A stretch of DNA of 64,000 nucleotides from Parachlamydiales bacterium. Its GTDB lineage: Bacteria > Chlamydiota > Chlamydiia > Chlamydiales > JABDDJ01. Positions within the stretch are counted from its first letter, which is position 1, and each line of letters opens with the position of its first letter. Below, in pieces: positions 1 to 9,437 of the stretch. The stretch covers positions 213,370 to 277,369 of the forward strand of contig JBAZCF010000002.1 in the NCBI GenBank assembly GCA_041671045.1. Reading direction: 5' to 3'. The notes beneath the pieces are model-generated. The model was not told where the DNA came from, did not search any database, and saw only the letters and a list, made by a program, of their open reading frames with translations. A program made the position numbers and the translations under genes.

Positions 1-2644
1 CACCAAACGCTACCTTATTCCTGAGCCTACAAAGAATCCGTACATACAGAACTTTCTTATCAGCGCACAAAAGTATTTCCGCGGCGATGATAGGAAAATC
101 CTGAAATGGGGCCTTGACCTTTCCGGTGGTAAAACCGTCCGTATCGGTCTGCGCGATAGCTCTAATAAGCCTGTTACAAATCCTGACGACTTGAAACAAG
201 CTGCCGACGATCTCTATACTCGTGTGAATAAGATGGGTGTAGCTGAAAGGACGATCCGTGTCGAGAGCAATAATATTGTTTTAGACTTTCCCGGATCACA
301 GGGCCTGTCCGCTAGCGAGCTTGTTAAAGCCTCCGCAATGTATTTCCATATCGTTAATGAGAAATTTAACTCTAAGAACCGTGAAAACGGTACTGCTGTT
401 AGACAATTCTTAGACGGTGTTTGGAATGAAGCGAAGGTGACTAACCGCTTAGATGCAGAAAGCATCAACCAAATTGCTTACCGCCATTTAGGCGAAAGCA
501 TAGGGGATGATTTAGCTATTCAGCCTCGCAGTGAAGCCGCGCAAAGTCTTTACAACAACGGACTACGCCTCGCCGATCCTATGACTGCTAAACCTTCCAA
601 TGCTTTCAATGATACTCTGTCCTCCATCGGCATGATGAGGGATGACGCACATTGGGATGGTGAGAGCAATCCGCTTATCATCATTTTCCATAACTACGCT
701 CTTGAAGGTGCCAACTTAACGAATGTTAATGTAGGCTGGGATCAGTCTGAAGGTAATATTCTAACCTTCTCCATCAAGAATTCGTATGGAAAAAACAGCG
801 AGAATAAAACAGGCAGCCCTTCTGAAGATTTCTATACTTGGACTTCAGAATTTGCTGAAGACCGTATTTCAGGTACGCCTAAAGAAGCTTACACTAACGG
901 AAAAGGTTGGCGCATGGCTGTTGCTTTGAATGGCAACATCATTACAACACCTTCTCTGCGTCAAGCTTTAAGAGAAAATGCAAGCATTACAGGACGTTTC
1001 ACTCAGCGTGAAATTAACCGTCTAGCTGCAGATTTGAAAGCCGGCTCATTGAAATTTACACCGCGCATTCTCTCAGAAGAAAACGTCAGTCCTGAACTGG
1101 GTAAAGAAGAACGTACTAAAGGTATCAGAGCCTCTATCATCGCTCTCGTCTTGGTCGTTATCTCCATGGTCAGCATCTACCGTTTTGGCGGTGTGGTTGC
1201 TTCCTGTGCAGTCCTATTCAACATCTTAATCATGTGGGGCGTCCTACAGAATTTAGATGCTGCTTTGACTCTGCCTGGTATTGCCGGTATCGTTCTCACG
1301 ATTGGCATGGCTATTGACGCTAACGTGCTTGTCTTTGAAAGGGTGCGTGAAGAATTTAAAATGTCCGGAAGAATCGCTTCTGCAATTCAAGCCGGATATC
1401 GTAAAGCTTTTAGCGCTATCTTCGATTCGAACATTACAACGATCATCGTAGCATTAATCTTGATCCAGTTCGACTCAGGACCTATTAAAGGTTTTGCAGT
1501 CACACTGATCATCGGTATTCTATCCTCTATGTTCACAGCGCTGTTCATGACACGCTATTTCTTTGCCGGCTGGGTCCAAAATCCTAAGCACAAAGAACTG
1601 CATATGGTGGAGCTTATCAGCGGTACTAAGTTTGATTTCTTGGCACAAACACGCAAGGCAATATTATTGTCCGCCCTTGTTGTTGCTTTGGGTATCGGTC
1701 TTTTTGCTGAACAGCGTAATACCATTTTTGGTATGGATTTCACAGGTGGATATTCTCTCATTGTGAATGCACAAGAACAGCCCGGTGACGTCAATTATCG
1801 CTTACAAGCACTAGATAGCCTATTGGCGCAAGGTGCAACAACGAACGATCTTCAAGTTCGTCAATTAACCAACCCTTGGCAGCTGCGTATCCAAATGGGA
1901 ATCAGCATGGAAGAGAGTGGACACCCATTCTACCAGATGCCAATGGAAATAGAGGGTAAGTTTACTTATCCATACCAAAGCAATCCACGTATCGATTGGG
2001 TCGTTAATTCTCTGCAAAAAGGCGGATTAACTATTCCTGAATCTGAGCTTGCACAGTTAGACCGTCAGTGGACTGTCATGAGCGGACAATTCTCCGATTC
2101 TATGCGTTACAATGCGATTATCGGTTTGGCGTTGGCGTTTCTTGCCATCTTGGCGTACATCACATTACGCTTCGAGTTCAAGTTCGCAGTTGCAGCTGTG
2201 ATAGGTCTTGTGCATGACGTTATTATAACGTTAGGGATTATCGCCCTTTTCCATAAGCTGGGGCTACCGGTACAAATCGACCTCATTACTATTGGCGCTA
2301 TCATGATGATCATTGGTTATTCTTTGAATGACACGATCATCATTTTTGATAGGATCAGAGAAGATGTGGGTATCATGCGTAAATCATCGTTCCCGGATAT
2401 TATCAATCATGCGTTGAACGTTACGTTGACTCGTACTTTGATGACATCTGGCACGACGATCTTGGTATTGTTAGCGTTAGTCATTTTCGGGGGAGAAGCT
2501 ATATTCAGCTTCGCACTTGTGATGACGATCGGTATTGTTGTCGGAACGTTGTCTTCGCTCTTTGTTGCAGCTCCGGTTATGCTTTACTTGCACAACCGCG
2601 AAGAGAGATCTCAACAAGCAGCGTTGAATCACCGCAAGGTATAA
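1..2644 (+). CDS. secDF: Protein-export membrane protein SecD/SecF fusion, 5' end outside the window
   Basis: The frame of ORF 191..2644 stays open back to base 2 (TKRYLIPEPTKNPY...KWGLDLSGGKTVRIGL, a SecD-like motif). The product has two blocks of multiple TM helices (SecD C-terminal and SecF membrane domains) in one polypeptide, as in chlamydial SecDF. The track's start at 191 is a TTG inside the gene. Confidence 0.9.
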   Translation, partial: TKRYLIPEPTKNPYIQNFLISAQKYFRGDDRKILKWGLDLSGGKTVRIGLRDSSNKPVTNPDDLKQAADDLYTRVNKMGVAERTIRVESNNIVLDFPGSQGLSASELVKASAMYFHIVNEKFNSKNRENGTAVRQFLDGVWNEAKVTNRLDAESINQIAYRHLGESIGDDLAIQPRSEAAQSLYNNGLRLADPMTAKPSNAFNDTLSSIGMMRDDAHWDGESNPLIIIFHNYALEGANLTNVNVGWDQSEGNILTFSIKNSYGKNSENKTGSPSEDFYTWTSEFAEDRISGTPKEAYTNGKGWRMAVALNGNIITTPSLRQALRENASITGRFTQREINRLAADLKAGSLKFTPRILSEENVSPELGKEERTKGIRASIIALVLVVISMVSIYRFGGVVASCAVLFNILIMWGVLQNLDAALTLPGIAGIVLTIGMAIDANVLVFERVREEFKMSGRIASAIQAGYRKAFSAIFDSNITTIIVALILIQFDSGPIKGFAVTLIIGILSSMFTALFMTRYFFAGWVQNPKHKELHMVELISGTKFDFLAQTRKAILLSALVVALGIGLFAEQRNTIFGMDFTGGYSLIVNAQEQPGDVNYRLQALDSLLAQGATTNDLQVRQLTNPWQLRIQMGISMEESGHPFYQMPMEIEGKFTYPYQSNPRIDWVVNSLQKGGLTIPESELAQLDRQWTVMSGQFSDSMRYNAIIGLALAFLAILAYITLRFEFKFAVAAVIGLVHDVIITLGIIALFHKLGLPVQIDLITIGAIMMIIGYSLNDTIIIFDRIREDVGIMRKSSFPDIINHALNVTLTRTLMTSGTTILVLLALVIFGGEAIFSFALVMTIGIVVGTLSSLFVAAPVMLYLHNREERSQQAALNHRKV

Positions 2645-2958
2645 CGTTAAGTATCAAGTTACGCTTTGAGTCGCGTTTAAACTTGGGCAATTTAGGAAGC
2701 TATTGCTGAACTCCGAAAGTAAAGTGCAGACTTTACCTAGGATTCAGCAAAGTTGCTCCGAAGAAGCTCAAAGTTTAGGCGCGACTTTCTCATTTCTAAC
2801 AATCCCCAGTTTCTTCAATAGATTAATCGCTAATTGTGTCGCTAATCATGATAGAGATCCAAAGTTGCTTCTATACAAAATTTATATAGCTTATAAAATT
2901 GATCTTTAACAAAACCATTGATATTCTTTTATTGCAATAATTTACAAAAGGAGGCCGT

Positions 2959-3294
2959 ATGGCAACACCACCCCGCATAGAACCAACACCTACTTCAAAT
3001 GCTGGATATCAACTACCTGCTTGTGTGCAAGCTATAATAAATAATACTTCAAAAAACTTTGAGACTCTTTCGCTGAAGGTAAAGAGTTATGCTACAACAG
3101 AAAATGCGCAGCTTTTTGGCGCAGGAGTTGTCAGCGGACTGGGCCTAGCGCTGCTTTTTAGCGTAAAATTAGCAGGAACAGTCGTCACTTCTAGTCCGAT
3201 TGTTTTAGGTACATTTTTAACTTTAGCCGGTTTGGGCGCTGCATTTTACAGTCTTAGCAAAAGAGTTACGCCTGCTTCAGGTGGTGGAAGCTAA
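2959..3294 (+). CDS. Small membrane protein with a bilobed hydrophobic domain (Inc-like candidate)
   Basis: A strong SD (AAAGGAGG) lies 5 nt upstream of the ATG. The 111-aa product has a polar N-terminus followed by about 50 hydrophobic residues split by a short polar turn (LFGAGVVSGLGLALLFSV-KLAGT-VVTSSPIVLGTFLTLAGLGAAFYSL). A hairpin terminator follows the gene. Confidence 0.6.
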   Translation: MATPPRIEPTPTSNAGYQLPACVQAIINNTSKNFETLSLKVKSYATTENAQLFGAGVVSGLGLALLFSVKLAGTVVTSSPIVLGTFLTLAGLGAAFYSLSKRVTPASGGGS

Positions 3295-3320
3295 GTTATC
3301 TTGATTGGATAGATGGATTA

Positions 3321-3371
3321 AGGACGAAAATTCTAGTAAAAAGTAAACTTTACTCTAATTTCGTCCTTTTT
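3321..3371. terminator. Rho-independent terminator between convergent genes (Inc-like + and recJ -)
   Basis: GGACGAAA (3321-3328) pairs with TTTCGTCC (3358-3365), followed by a T-run (TTTTTT). Confidence 0.6.
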
Positions 3372-3391
3372 TGCCTTGGATAAGAATAGTC

Positions 3392-5200
3392 TTAAAGAGG
3401 ATGGATTTTGAAATCGCGTACAAGCAGTTGTATGCTAGGCCCTAGATAGTTATTTATCTGGGGAGAAAAGGCGACTTCTAAAACGATATTTTTGCGACGC
3501 AGGCTTTCATTTGCATGTGAGCGGCCAAAAGCTATGCCTTCTATGACTAGACCGGGATCTTCGATTTCTTCCAGATACATTTTGAGGTGATTTTTTCCCA
3601 CAATTTTGGGCGGCCATGCTTGCTTTGCTTTGCAATAAAGCAAAGGTTGTGGATTTTCACTGCCATAGGGTGCGAGAAGGCTGATGGATTCCATCAGGTC
3701 GAAGGTCAGATCTCTTAAATGGACTTCTGCATCCAAATACAGTTTATTCATGACGTCTTGATTCTGTAAACGTGCTTCGGCAGCGCCTGTAAATCTCTCT
3801 GTAAAGGAGGGAATGTTCTCGACTTTGATGGTGAGTCCAGCGGCAAGGTCATGTCCGCCATAGTTTAGGAGTAAGTCGGAGCACTCTTTTAGGACGCTTA
3901 ATACCGGAAATTCAGGGATGGAGCGAATGGAGCCTTTTCCAATGCCGCCTTCCATGGATATCATGATCGTCGGGCGATTGTAGTATTTGGATATACGAGT
4001 GGAAAGTATTGCAATAATGCCCGGATGCCAGCTTTCGGAGGACATGACAATGGCTTTATGCTGCAGGAGATGGGGTTCAGCAGAGATACGCGTCTCGATT
4101 TCGCTGGACATGGTCCTTTCAATACGCTGTCTTTCAATATTATTGAGGTCGAGCTCAATAGCCATTTTCTCTGCTAATTGCGTATTGCGGATAAGCAGTA
4201 GCTCTACACCTTTGCGTGGGTCATCAATGCGTCCTAAGCTGTTAAGACGAGGAGCTATTTTTGATGCGACGGTATAGGCAGATACTTCTCCCATCTCCAA
4301 CTCGGGATCAGACACGATGATGAGTTTAAGCAGCCCTATACGTTTGGTTTTACGTAGTTGTTTCAGTCCATAGCGTACGAGGATGCGGTTCTCACCCAAC
4401 AACGCTCCCATATCGGAGATTGTGCCTAGGGCTACCAGATCAAGATAGCGTTTAAGGTCGATTTTCTTGTCTGAGACTAGTCCATCAGCCACTAGTTGTT
4501 TGGTTAGGCCGTGTGCAAGTTTAAAGGCAACTCCAACCCCTGTAAGGTCCCTATTTGGATAGGTGTTGCCTTTGAGTTTCGGATTGAGGATTGCAATGCA
4601 ATTGGGTATAGTTTCTGTCGGTTCGTGGTGGTCTGTGATAATAACTTCGATATTATGTTCTTTTAATCTATCGATCTCGACAGCAGCAGTAATTCCACAA
4701 TCCACTGTAATGACTAGCTTGCACTCATTTCGGACTGCATATTCAGCGGATTCTATGATGAGGTTTTGGCGGGAGCTTCCGGGGCTAGAAACATAAAAGA
4801 GGACTTTTGCCCCTATATATTGTAAGAAATCGACTAAAAGGGCTGTACCGGTCATTCCATCGACATCATTGTCGCCGTAGATGAGTATCCCTTCTTTTTT
4901 TTGAACTGCTTCGCAAATGCGCTGAACAGCTTTATCCATATTTGCCATAAGAAACGGATCATGCAGATCGGGTAGCTTGGCATAGAGATAGTCGTGTATT
5001 TGATCTAGACTTGAAAATTTCCTAGAGACAAGAATTTGCGCTGTAATAGGATGGATTTTGAATTCCTGGACAATCTGATTTTGCCATTCAGCATTCTTAG
5101 GAGGATAAACCCACAACGGCTCTTCGGGGTTATTATTATGCCAGGGCAGCATCGCAGAGCTCCAATTGCGATCGGTCATAAGCGCATTTTTAAAAAACAA
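3392..5200 (-). CDS. recJ: Single-stranded-DNA-specific exonuclease RecJ
   Basis: DHH-family motifs are present (GDNDVDGMTGTAL, ITVDCG, IITDHH) along with a DHHA1-like region (GGHDLAAG). The track's start at 5200 is TTG. An ATG at 5179 (MTDRNW...) is an alternative start. Confidence 0.9.
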   Translation of the reverse strand: MFFKNALMTDRNWSSAMLPWHNNNPEEPLWVYPPKNAEWQNQIVQEFKIHPITAQILVSRKFSSLDQIHDYLYAKLPDLHDPFLMANMDKAVQRICEAVQKKEGILIYGDNDVDGMTGTALLVDFLQYIGAKVLFYVSSPGSSRQNLIIESAEYAVRNECKLVITVDCGITAAVEIDRLKEHNIEVIITDHHEPTETIPNCIAILNPKLKGNTYPNRDLTGVGVAFKLAHGLTKQLVADGLVSDKKIDLKRYLDLVALGTISDMGALLGENRILVRYGLKQLRKTKRIGLLKLIIVSDPELEMGEVSAYTVASKIAPRLNSLGRIDDPRKGVELLLIRNTQLAEKMAIELDLNNIERQRIERTMSSEIETRISAEPHLLQHKAIVMSSESWHPGIIAILSTRISKYYNRPTIMISMEGGIGKGSIRSIPEFPVLSVLKECSDLLLNYGGHDLAAGLTIKVENIPSFTERFTGAAEARLQNQDVMNKLYLDAEVHLRDLTFDLMESISLLAPYGSENPQPLLYCKAKQAWPPKIVGKNHLKMYLEEIEDPGLVIEGIAFGRSHANESLRRKNIVLEVAFSPQINNYLGPSIQLLVRDFKIHPL

Positions 5201-5469
5201 GTGGGTTGCGTCCTAGGGCGACGCCAAAGGGAACGCTAATATGGAATATCCTGAGTTAGGCCATGCGTAAGCACAGCACTATGCTGAGGTTTAATTCCCA
5301 ATGAGCTGTAAACACACCTATGGTGTGTCTAGACATGTTTCCTATATCTGTTACAACTTATTCCAATTTCTCACTTGTTTATTGTAAGTGTTAGCTGAGT
5401 GACTGATCTGTTAATATTTCTTACTTGCTATTGTATCTCTTAGCCAGAGCTTGTCAAGTACTGATTGCG

Positions 5470-6714
5470 TTATTTGGAAATGAGTTGTAATCTTGCCAGG
5501 GTTTCGACATGTGCCGTCTGGGGAAAAAGATCAAAGGGAGTACAATGGATTAGCCGATAGCGGCTGCTTAGAAGTTGTAAATCACGTGCCAAGGTAGATG
5601 GCATGCAAGACAGGTAAAATAAATGTTCAGGCTGATGTTTCAGCAGTTGTTGGATAGCGGACGGGTGCATTCCCGTGCGTGGGGGATTGACAAAGGCTAG
5701 ATCGAAGGGCCCTTTTAGATTTCTTAGGAGGCGTTCTACAGGTCCTTCAATGACATTCCATGAAGCTTGAGCATACTTCTTTAGATTAGCCTTAGCTGCT
5801 TTTACGGCTGCAGGGCTATATTCGATACATTCCACTGATGCGCCTAATTGGGAAAAGAGGCAGGAAGTGATGCCAATTCCGGAATAGAGATCTATTATTT
5901 TTGTAGGTTTAAGAGGACTTACTTCATTGCAAAGTGCCCGATAGATTGCGGCGCTCTGTTCAGGATGATTTTGTAGGAAAGCACCCAGGTGAAAAGAAAA
6001 TGTGAGGTCTTCATAGGTAAGGCTTCCTTCGATAGAACCAAATGTATTTTCTTGGGTTGCCGAGCGGAGTCTTCCCCCTGAAAAAAATGGGGAATGGGAA
6101 ATTTCCTCTACAAGCTCAGAAGAAAATTCTGAAGCAAAGTGAGCGTCCATCAACAGTTTGTCTGTAGATTTTATGAGTGTCACTCTTCCATCGGGACTTT
6201 TATTGAAAAGTTTTCTTAAGTAGGGGAAGAGGGTTTCATCTTCGGAAAAAAGCAGGCATGCGGACGGTTCTATTAAAGCCGTATTATCATTTTCTAAATA
6301 ACCAAGTTTACCTTGGGACAAATGTAATGTGATGTGTCTGCGGTATTGCCACCGGACGGGAGCGGGCACGGTAGGGTAGACAAGGGGTTGGGAGAATTTT
6401 CCTATGCGTGTGAGGGCGTCAATGACAGTTTGTTGTTTATAAGCTAATTGTTCCGGATAGGATACATGCTGCAATTGACAGCCGCCGCAGCGGGTGTAGA
6501 CGGGGCAAAGGGGTTGGATGCGTTGGGGCGAGGGAGAGATGATTTTGAGGAGAGTGCCTTCGGCAAAGTTTTTTTTCTTTTTAGTGAGGCTGCATTCGAT
6601 GATGTCACCGACGCAGCTATAGGGAACAAAAACGGCAAGACCTTCGTGACGCAGTATTCCTGCGCCGCCGAAGGCCCATGCAGCCACCTTTTCGGTGATA
6701 GGTTGCTCCGACAT
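5470..6714 (-). CDS. RumA/TrmA-family RNA (uracil-5)-methyltransferase with TRAM domain and Fe-S cysteines
   Basis: The N-terminal TRAM-like region is followed by the cysteine cluster CPVYTRCGGCQLQH. The SAM methyltransferase core is present (DLYSGIGIT, VNPPRTG, SCMPSTLARD). Confidence 0.85.
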   Translation of the reverse strand: MSEQPITEKVAAWAFGGAGILRHEGLAVFVPYSCVGDIIECSLTKKKKNFAEGTLLKIISPSPQRIQPLCPVYTRCGGCQLQHVSYPEQLAYKQQTVIDALTRIGKFSQPLVYPTVPAPVRWQYRRHITLHLSQGKLGYLENDNTALIEPSACLLFSEDETLFPYLRKLFNKSPDGRVTLIKSTDKLLMDAHFASEFSSELVEEISHSPFFSGGRLRSATQENTFGSIEGSLTYEDLTFSFHLGAFLQNHPEQSAAIYRALCNEVSPLKPTKIIDLYSGIGITSCLFSQLGASVECIEYSPAAVKAAKANLKKYAQASWNVIEGPVERLLRNLKGPFDLAFVNPPRTGMHPSAIQQLLKHQPEHLFYLSCMPSTLARDLQLLSSRYRLIHCTPFDLFPQTAHVETLARLQLISK

Positions 6715-6719
6715 GCGGA

Positions 6720-7181
6720 TTAACCTGCTTTACGTTTGTTCTTTTTAGAAATAAAGTTCTTACGATATTCTTTTACGTCTTCTTCATGGATAACCCAAGC
6801 TGCACCTTTACGGATGGCTTTAAGGTAGCCGATACGAGTAGCGTAATAGATTTTTTGGGCCGGCACTTTAAGCATGCGCGCCACTTGATTCACGGAGAAA
6901 TAACCTTCGTTGTTATTAAAAAGTAGTTCGCCGTCGAACATGGATTTCGTACGGGAATATTTTTGACGACGGTAAGTTTCTAGATCATCAAGATTAATTG
7001 TCCAGCGTGTAGACTCTTTGTGGGCCTTCAGTTTGTTCAATTTAATTGCAATATAGATTGCTTGACGTGATACTTTGTTAATACGAGCAGCTTCTGTAAT
7101 GGAAACTATTTTAGAATCGTTATTAACGTCGGCTTTACGTTTTGCTTTAACTTTAGCAAGCGTATTACTTTTATTAGGCAT
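6720..7181 (-). CDS. euo: DNA-binding protein with two tandem excisionase/MerR-like HTH repeats, Euo-like by synteny
   Basis: SD AAGGAGG lies upstream of the ATG. There is an internal duplication: ITEAARINKVSRQAIYIAIKLNKLKA...WTINLDDLETYR versus SVNQVARMLKVPAQKIYYATRIGYLKA...WVIHEEDVKEYR. The gene lies between recJ/rumA and tsp/gltX, where euo lies in Chlamydia as I recall it. Confidence 0.6.
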   Translation of the reverse strand: MPNKSNTLAKVKAKRKADVNNDSKIVSITEAARINKVSRQAIYIAIKLNKLKAHKESTRWTINLDDLETYRRQKYSRTKSMFDGELLFNNNEGYFSVNQVARMLKVPAQKIYYATRIGYLKAIRKGAAWVIHEEDVKEYRKNFISKKNKRKAG

Positions 7182-7382
7182 AATACCTCCTTGTAATTAT
7201 GAATTTTGTTTTTATGTATTGTTATTAATATAAATAAGTCAATATTTTATCATTTAACTTATTGAAAAAGCAAGATAAAATTAATACAAACTTTAAATTT
7301 TGTTGTCTTGACGGTCTTCAATTTCAAAATTATGAAGCTTTAAAAGAATAATTGCATCCAAAATTTTCAGAATCTGTTAAAA

Positions 7383-9395
7383 ATGTTGCATGTAGCGAGA
7401 ATTGGAGCTAGCATGCCGAAAATTTTTTTTAAAATAGCCTTTGTAATATTCCTATTTGGAATAAGCGTAAACACCCAAGCTAAATTGCCGAGCATTGATG
7501 ATCAATCGGCTGCGAGTAAATTGCGTGAGATTATGGAAATGCACGCAAGCCAAAAAGAGTTTAATGCAGAGGTCATAAAACGCACGCTTGGACTCTATCT
7601 AGATCAGATAGATCCCTTCAAAACTTATTTCATCGAAAGCGACATTTCTGCGTGGCTTGATCCATCGGATGCATTAATACAAAAGATCATTCAAGATTAT
7701 AAACAGAACTCGTTTGTCGAATTTGCCAAAATAGATAAGGCCATGGTCGAGGCAATTTTAAGGCGTCGTATTATTGATAAGGGAATCGTCAATGCGGAAC
7801 TGCCCAAAGATGTGCGGGTAGAAGAATTTAAAGACATGCCTTGGGCGAAAAATATTGAAGAATTAAAAGTTCGCATTACACGACTTAGAGCTCTTCAGTT
7901 GGAAACATTTTCTAAGCTTTCTGCTGTTAATAAAGAACAGATGTCCCATCTAGTCGCAAAACGGCAAGCCAAAGTCGAAGAAGATTTTCTTAATCCTGAT
8001 CCTGACTTCCAAAAAAGACTTGTGCTCACTCACTTGTTAAAAGCCGTTGCTAGCGCTTTAGATACTCACACAGCTTATTTTACACCCGATGAAGCACGGC
8101 AATTCATGATCAATGTGCAGCAGCGTTTGTTCGGCATTGGCGCCCAGCTTAGGGATGACTTGAATGGCTTTACAGTCGTTAAAGTCATTGATGGCGGTCC
8201 TGCAGCTGAAGGAAAGGAATTGAAGGCTAAAGACCGTATCATTGCTGTGAATGGCGAACCGGTTGTAGGGATGGATATCGTAGATGCAGTAGATATGATC
8301 CGTGGCGAAAAAGGGACTCCTGTCACACTGACAGTAATACGCGAAGAGATTGAAGGAGATAAAAAGGACGGGAAGAAAAAAGAGTATAAGGTGGACATTG
8401 TTATCGTCCGCGGCGAGGTTGTCTTGAAAGAGACCCGCTATGACTCCAATTTCGAACCCTTTGGTGAAGGGGGAATTGCCTACTTACGCCTCCATTCTTT
8501 TTACCAGGATCCGGAAAGTTCTTCGGCTCAAGACTTAACAAAAGCTTTTGAGGAAATGAAGAAAGAGCATTCCCTACAAGGGGTTATTTTAGATCTTAGA
8601 AGTAATTCGGGCGGTATGCTTACACAAGCTGTGAATGTCGCAGGACTATTTATCACTAAAGGGGTCATCGTCTCCATAAAAGATGAAAATGGCCAAATAC
8701 AGCACTTAAGGGATATCGATGGAACGACTATCTGGGATGGGCCCTTGGTCGTGTTGGTCAATAAAGGCAGCGCCTCCGCTAGCGAGATCGTTGCCCAAAC
8801 TTTGCAAGATTATGGCAGGGCTATCGTTATTGGTGATGAATATACCTATGGCAAAGGGTCTTTTCAGACATTTACATTAAATCCTTCAACTACTGGCGGC
8901 GTTAATCCTCAAGGTGAATATAAAGTCACTCGGGGAAGATATTATACCGTCTCCGGTAAAACCCCGCAGCTATTGGGAGTGCAGTCGGAAATTGTGGTCC
9001 CAGGAATTCTTTCTGAAGTGGAGATGGGTGAGAAATTCACTAAGCACCCCCTTGAAAATGACGAGATCAAAGAAAACTATGATGATAATCTTTCCGATAT
9101 ACCCTTTACTCAGAGAGCGCGCATTAGTTTATTCTATAAATACAATCTGCAGCAGCGCATTCCTAAAGATGACAAGCTTATGGCAAAGCTTAAAGCTAAT
9201 AGCAAATACCGTATCGATCATAATAAATCGTACCAAGAATTCCTGAAGGAACTGAAAAAGAAAGGGAAGTCGGAAGAAGAAGTCGATGAGGAAGAAGTAA
9301 AACAAGTCTTCCAAAGCGATTATCAGTTGGATGAGGCCTATAACATCCTCCGTGACCTTATCGTATTGAAAGGTTTGACTTGTCCTGGAAAATAA
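7383..9395 (+). CDS. tsp: Tail-specific (C-terminal processing) protease, S41 family with PDZ domain
   Basis: There is a signal peptide (KIFFKIAFVIFLFGISVNTQA) and a PDZ domain (GIGAQL...VVKVIDGGPAAEGKELKAKDRIIAVNGEPV). The S41 core is present (LDLRSNSGG, VLVNKGSASASEI, YGKGS). An alternative start is at 7413. Confidence 0.9.
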   Translation: MLHVARIGASMPKIFFKIAFVIFLFGISVNTQAKLPSIDDQSAASKLREIMEMHASQKEFNAEVIKRTLGLYLDQIDPFKTYFIESDISAWLDPSDALIQKIIQDYKQNSFVEFAKIDKAMVEAILRRRIIDKGIVNAELPKDVRVEEFKDMPWAKNIEELKVRITRLRALQLETFSKLSAVNKEQMSHLVAKRQAKVEEDFLNPDPDFQKRLVLTHLLKAVASALDTHTAYFTPDEARQFMINVQQRLFGIGAQLRDDLNGFTVVKVIDGGPAAEGKELKAKDRIIAVNGEPVVGMDIVDAVDMIRGEKGTPVTLTVIREEIEGDKKDGKKKEYKVDIVIVRGEVVLKETRYDSNFEPFGEGGIAYLRLHSFYQDPESSSAQDLTKAFEEMKKEHSLQGVILDLRSNSGGMLTQAVNVAGLFITKGVIVSIKDENGQIQHLRDIDGTTIWDGPLVVLVNKGSASASEIVAQTLQDYGRAIVIGDEYTYGKGSFQTFTLNPSTTGGVNPQGEYKVTRGRYYTVSGKTPQLLGVQSEIVVPGILSEVEMGEKFTKHPLENDEIKENYDDNLSDIPFTQRARISLFYKYNLQQRIPKDDKLMAKLKANSKYRIDHNKSYQEFLKELKKKGKSEEEVDEEEVKQVFQSDYQLDEAYNILRDLIVLKGLTCPGK

Positions 9396-9437
9396 TTGCA
9401 GGATGGGGCAAAATGATGCACACATCTTATTTAAGGA

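Noticed and set aside
2703-2909. A 68-aa plus-strand ORF in the secDF downstream spacer.
   Set aside because: It starts with a non-ATG codon (TTG at 2703), has no SD, and overlaps the nested helices. Its product has no features. It is more likely non-coding.
5201-5469. The long recJ upstream spacer has small hairpins (GCGTC-CTAGGGC-GACGC at ~5208-5224, ACACACC-TAT-GGTGTGT at ~5313-5329) and short matches (TGCGTCCT, CCAAAGGG) to the double-hairpin repeat family. It could be a relic arm or an sRNA.
   Set aside because: The matches are only 7-8 nt and the two-hairpin layout is not preserved. The stems are short. The evidence is too weak to call a repeat copy or an RNA gene.
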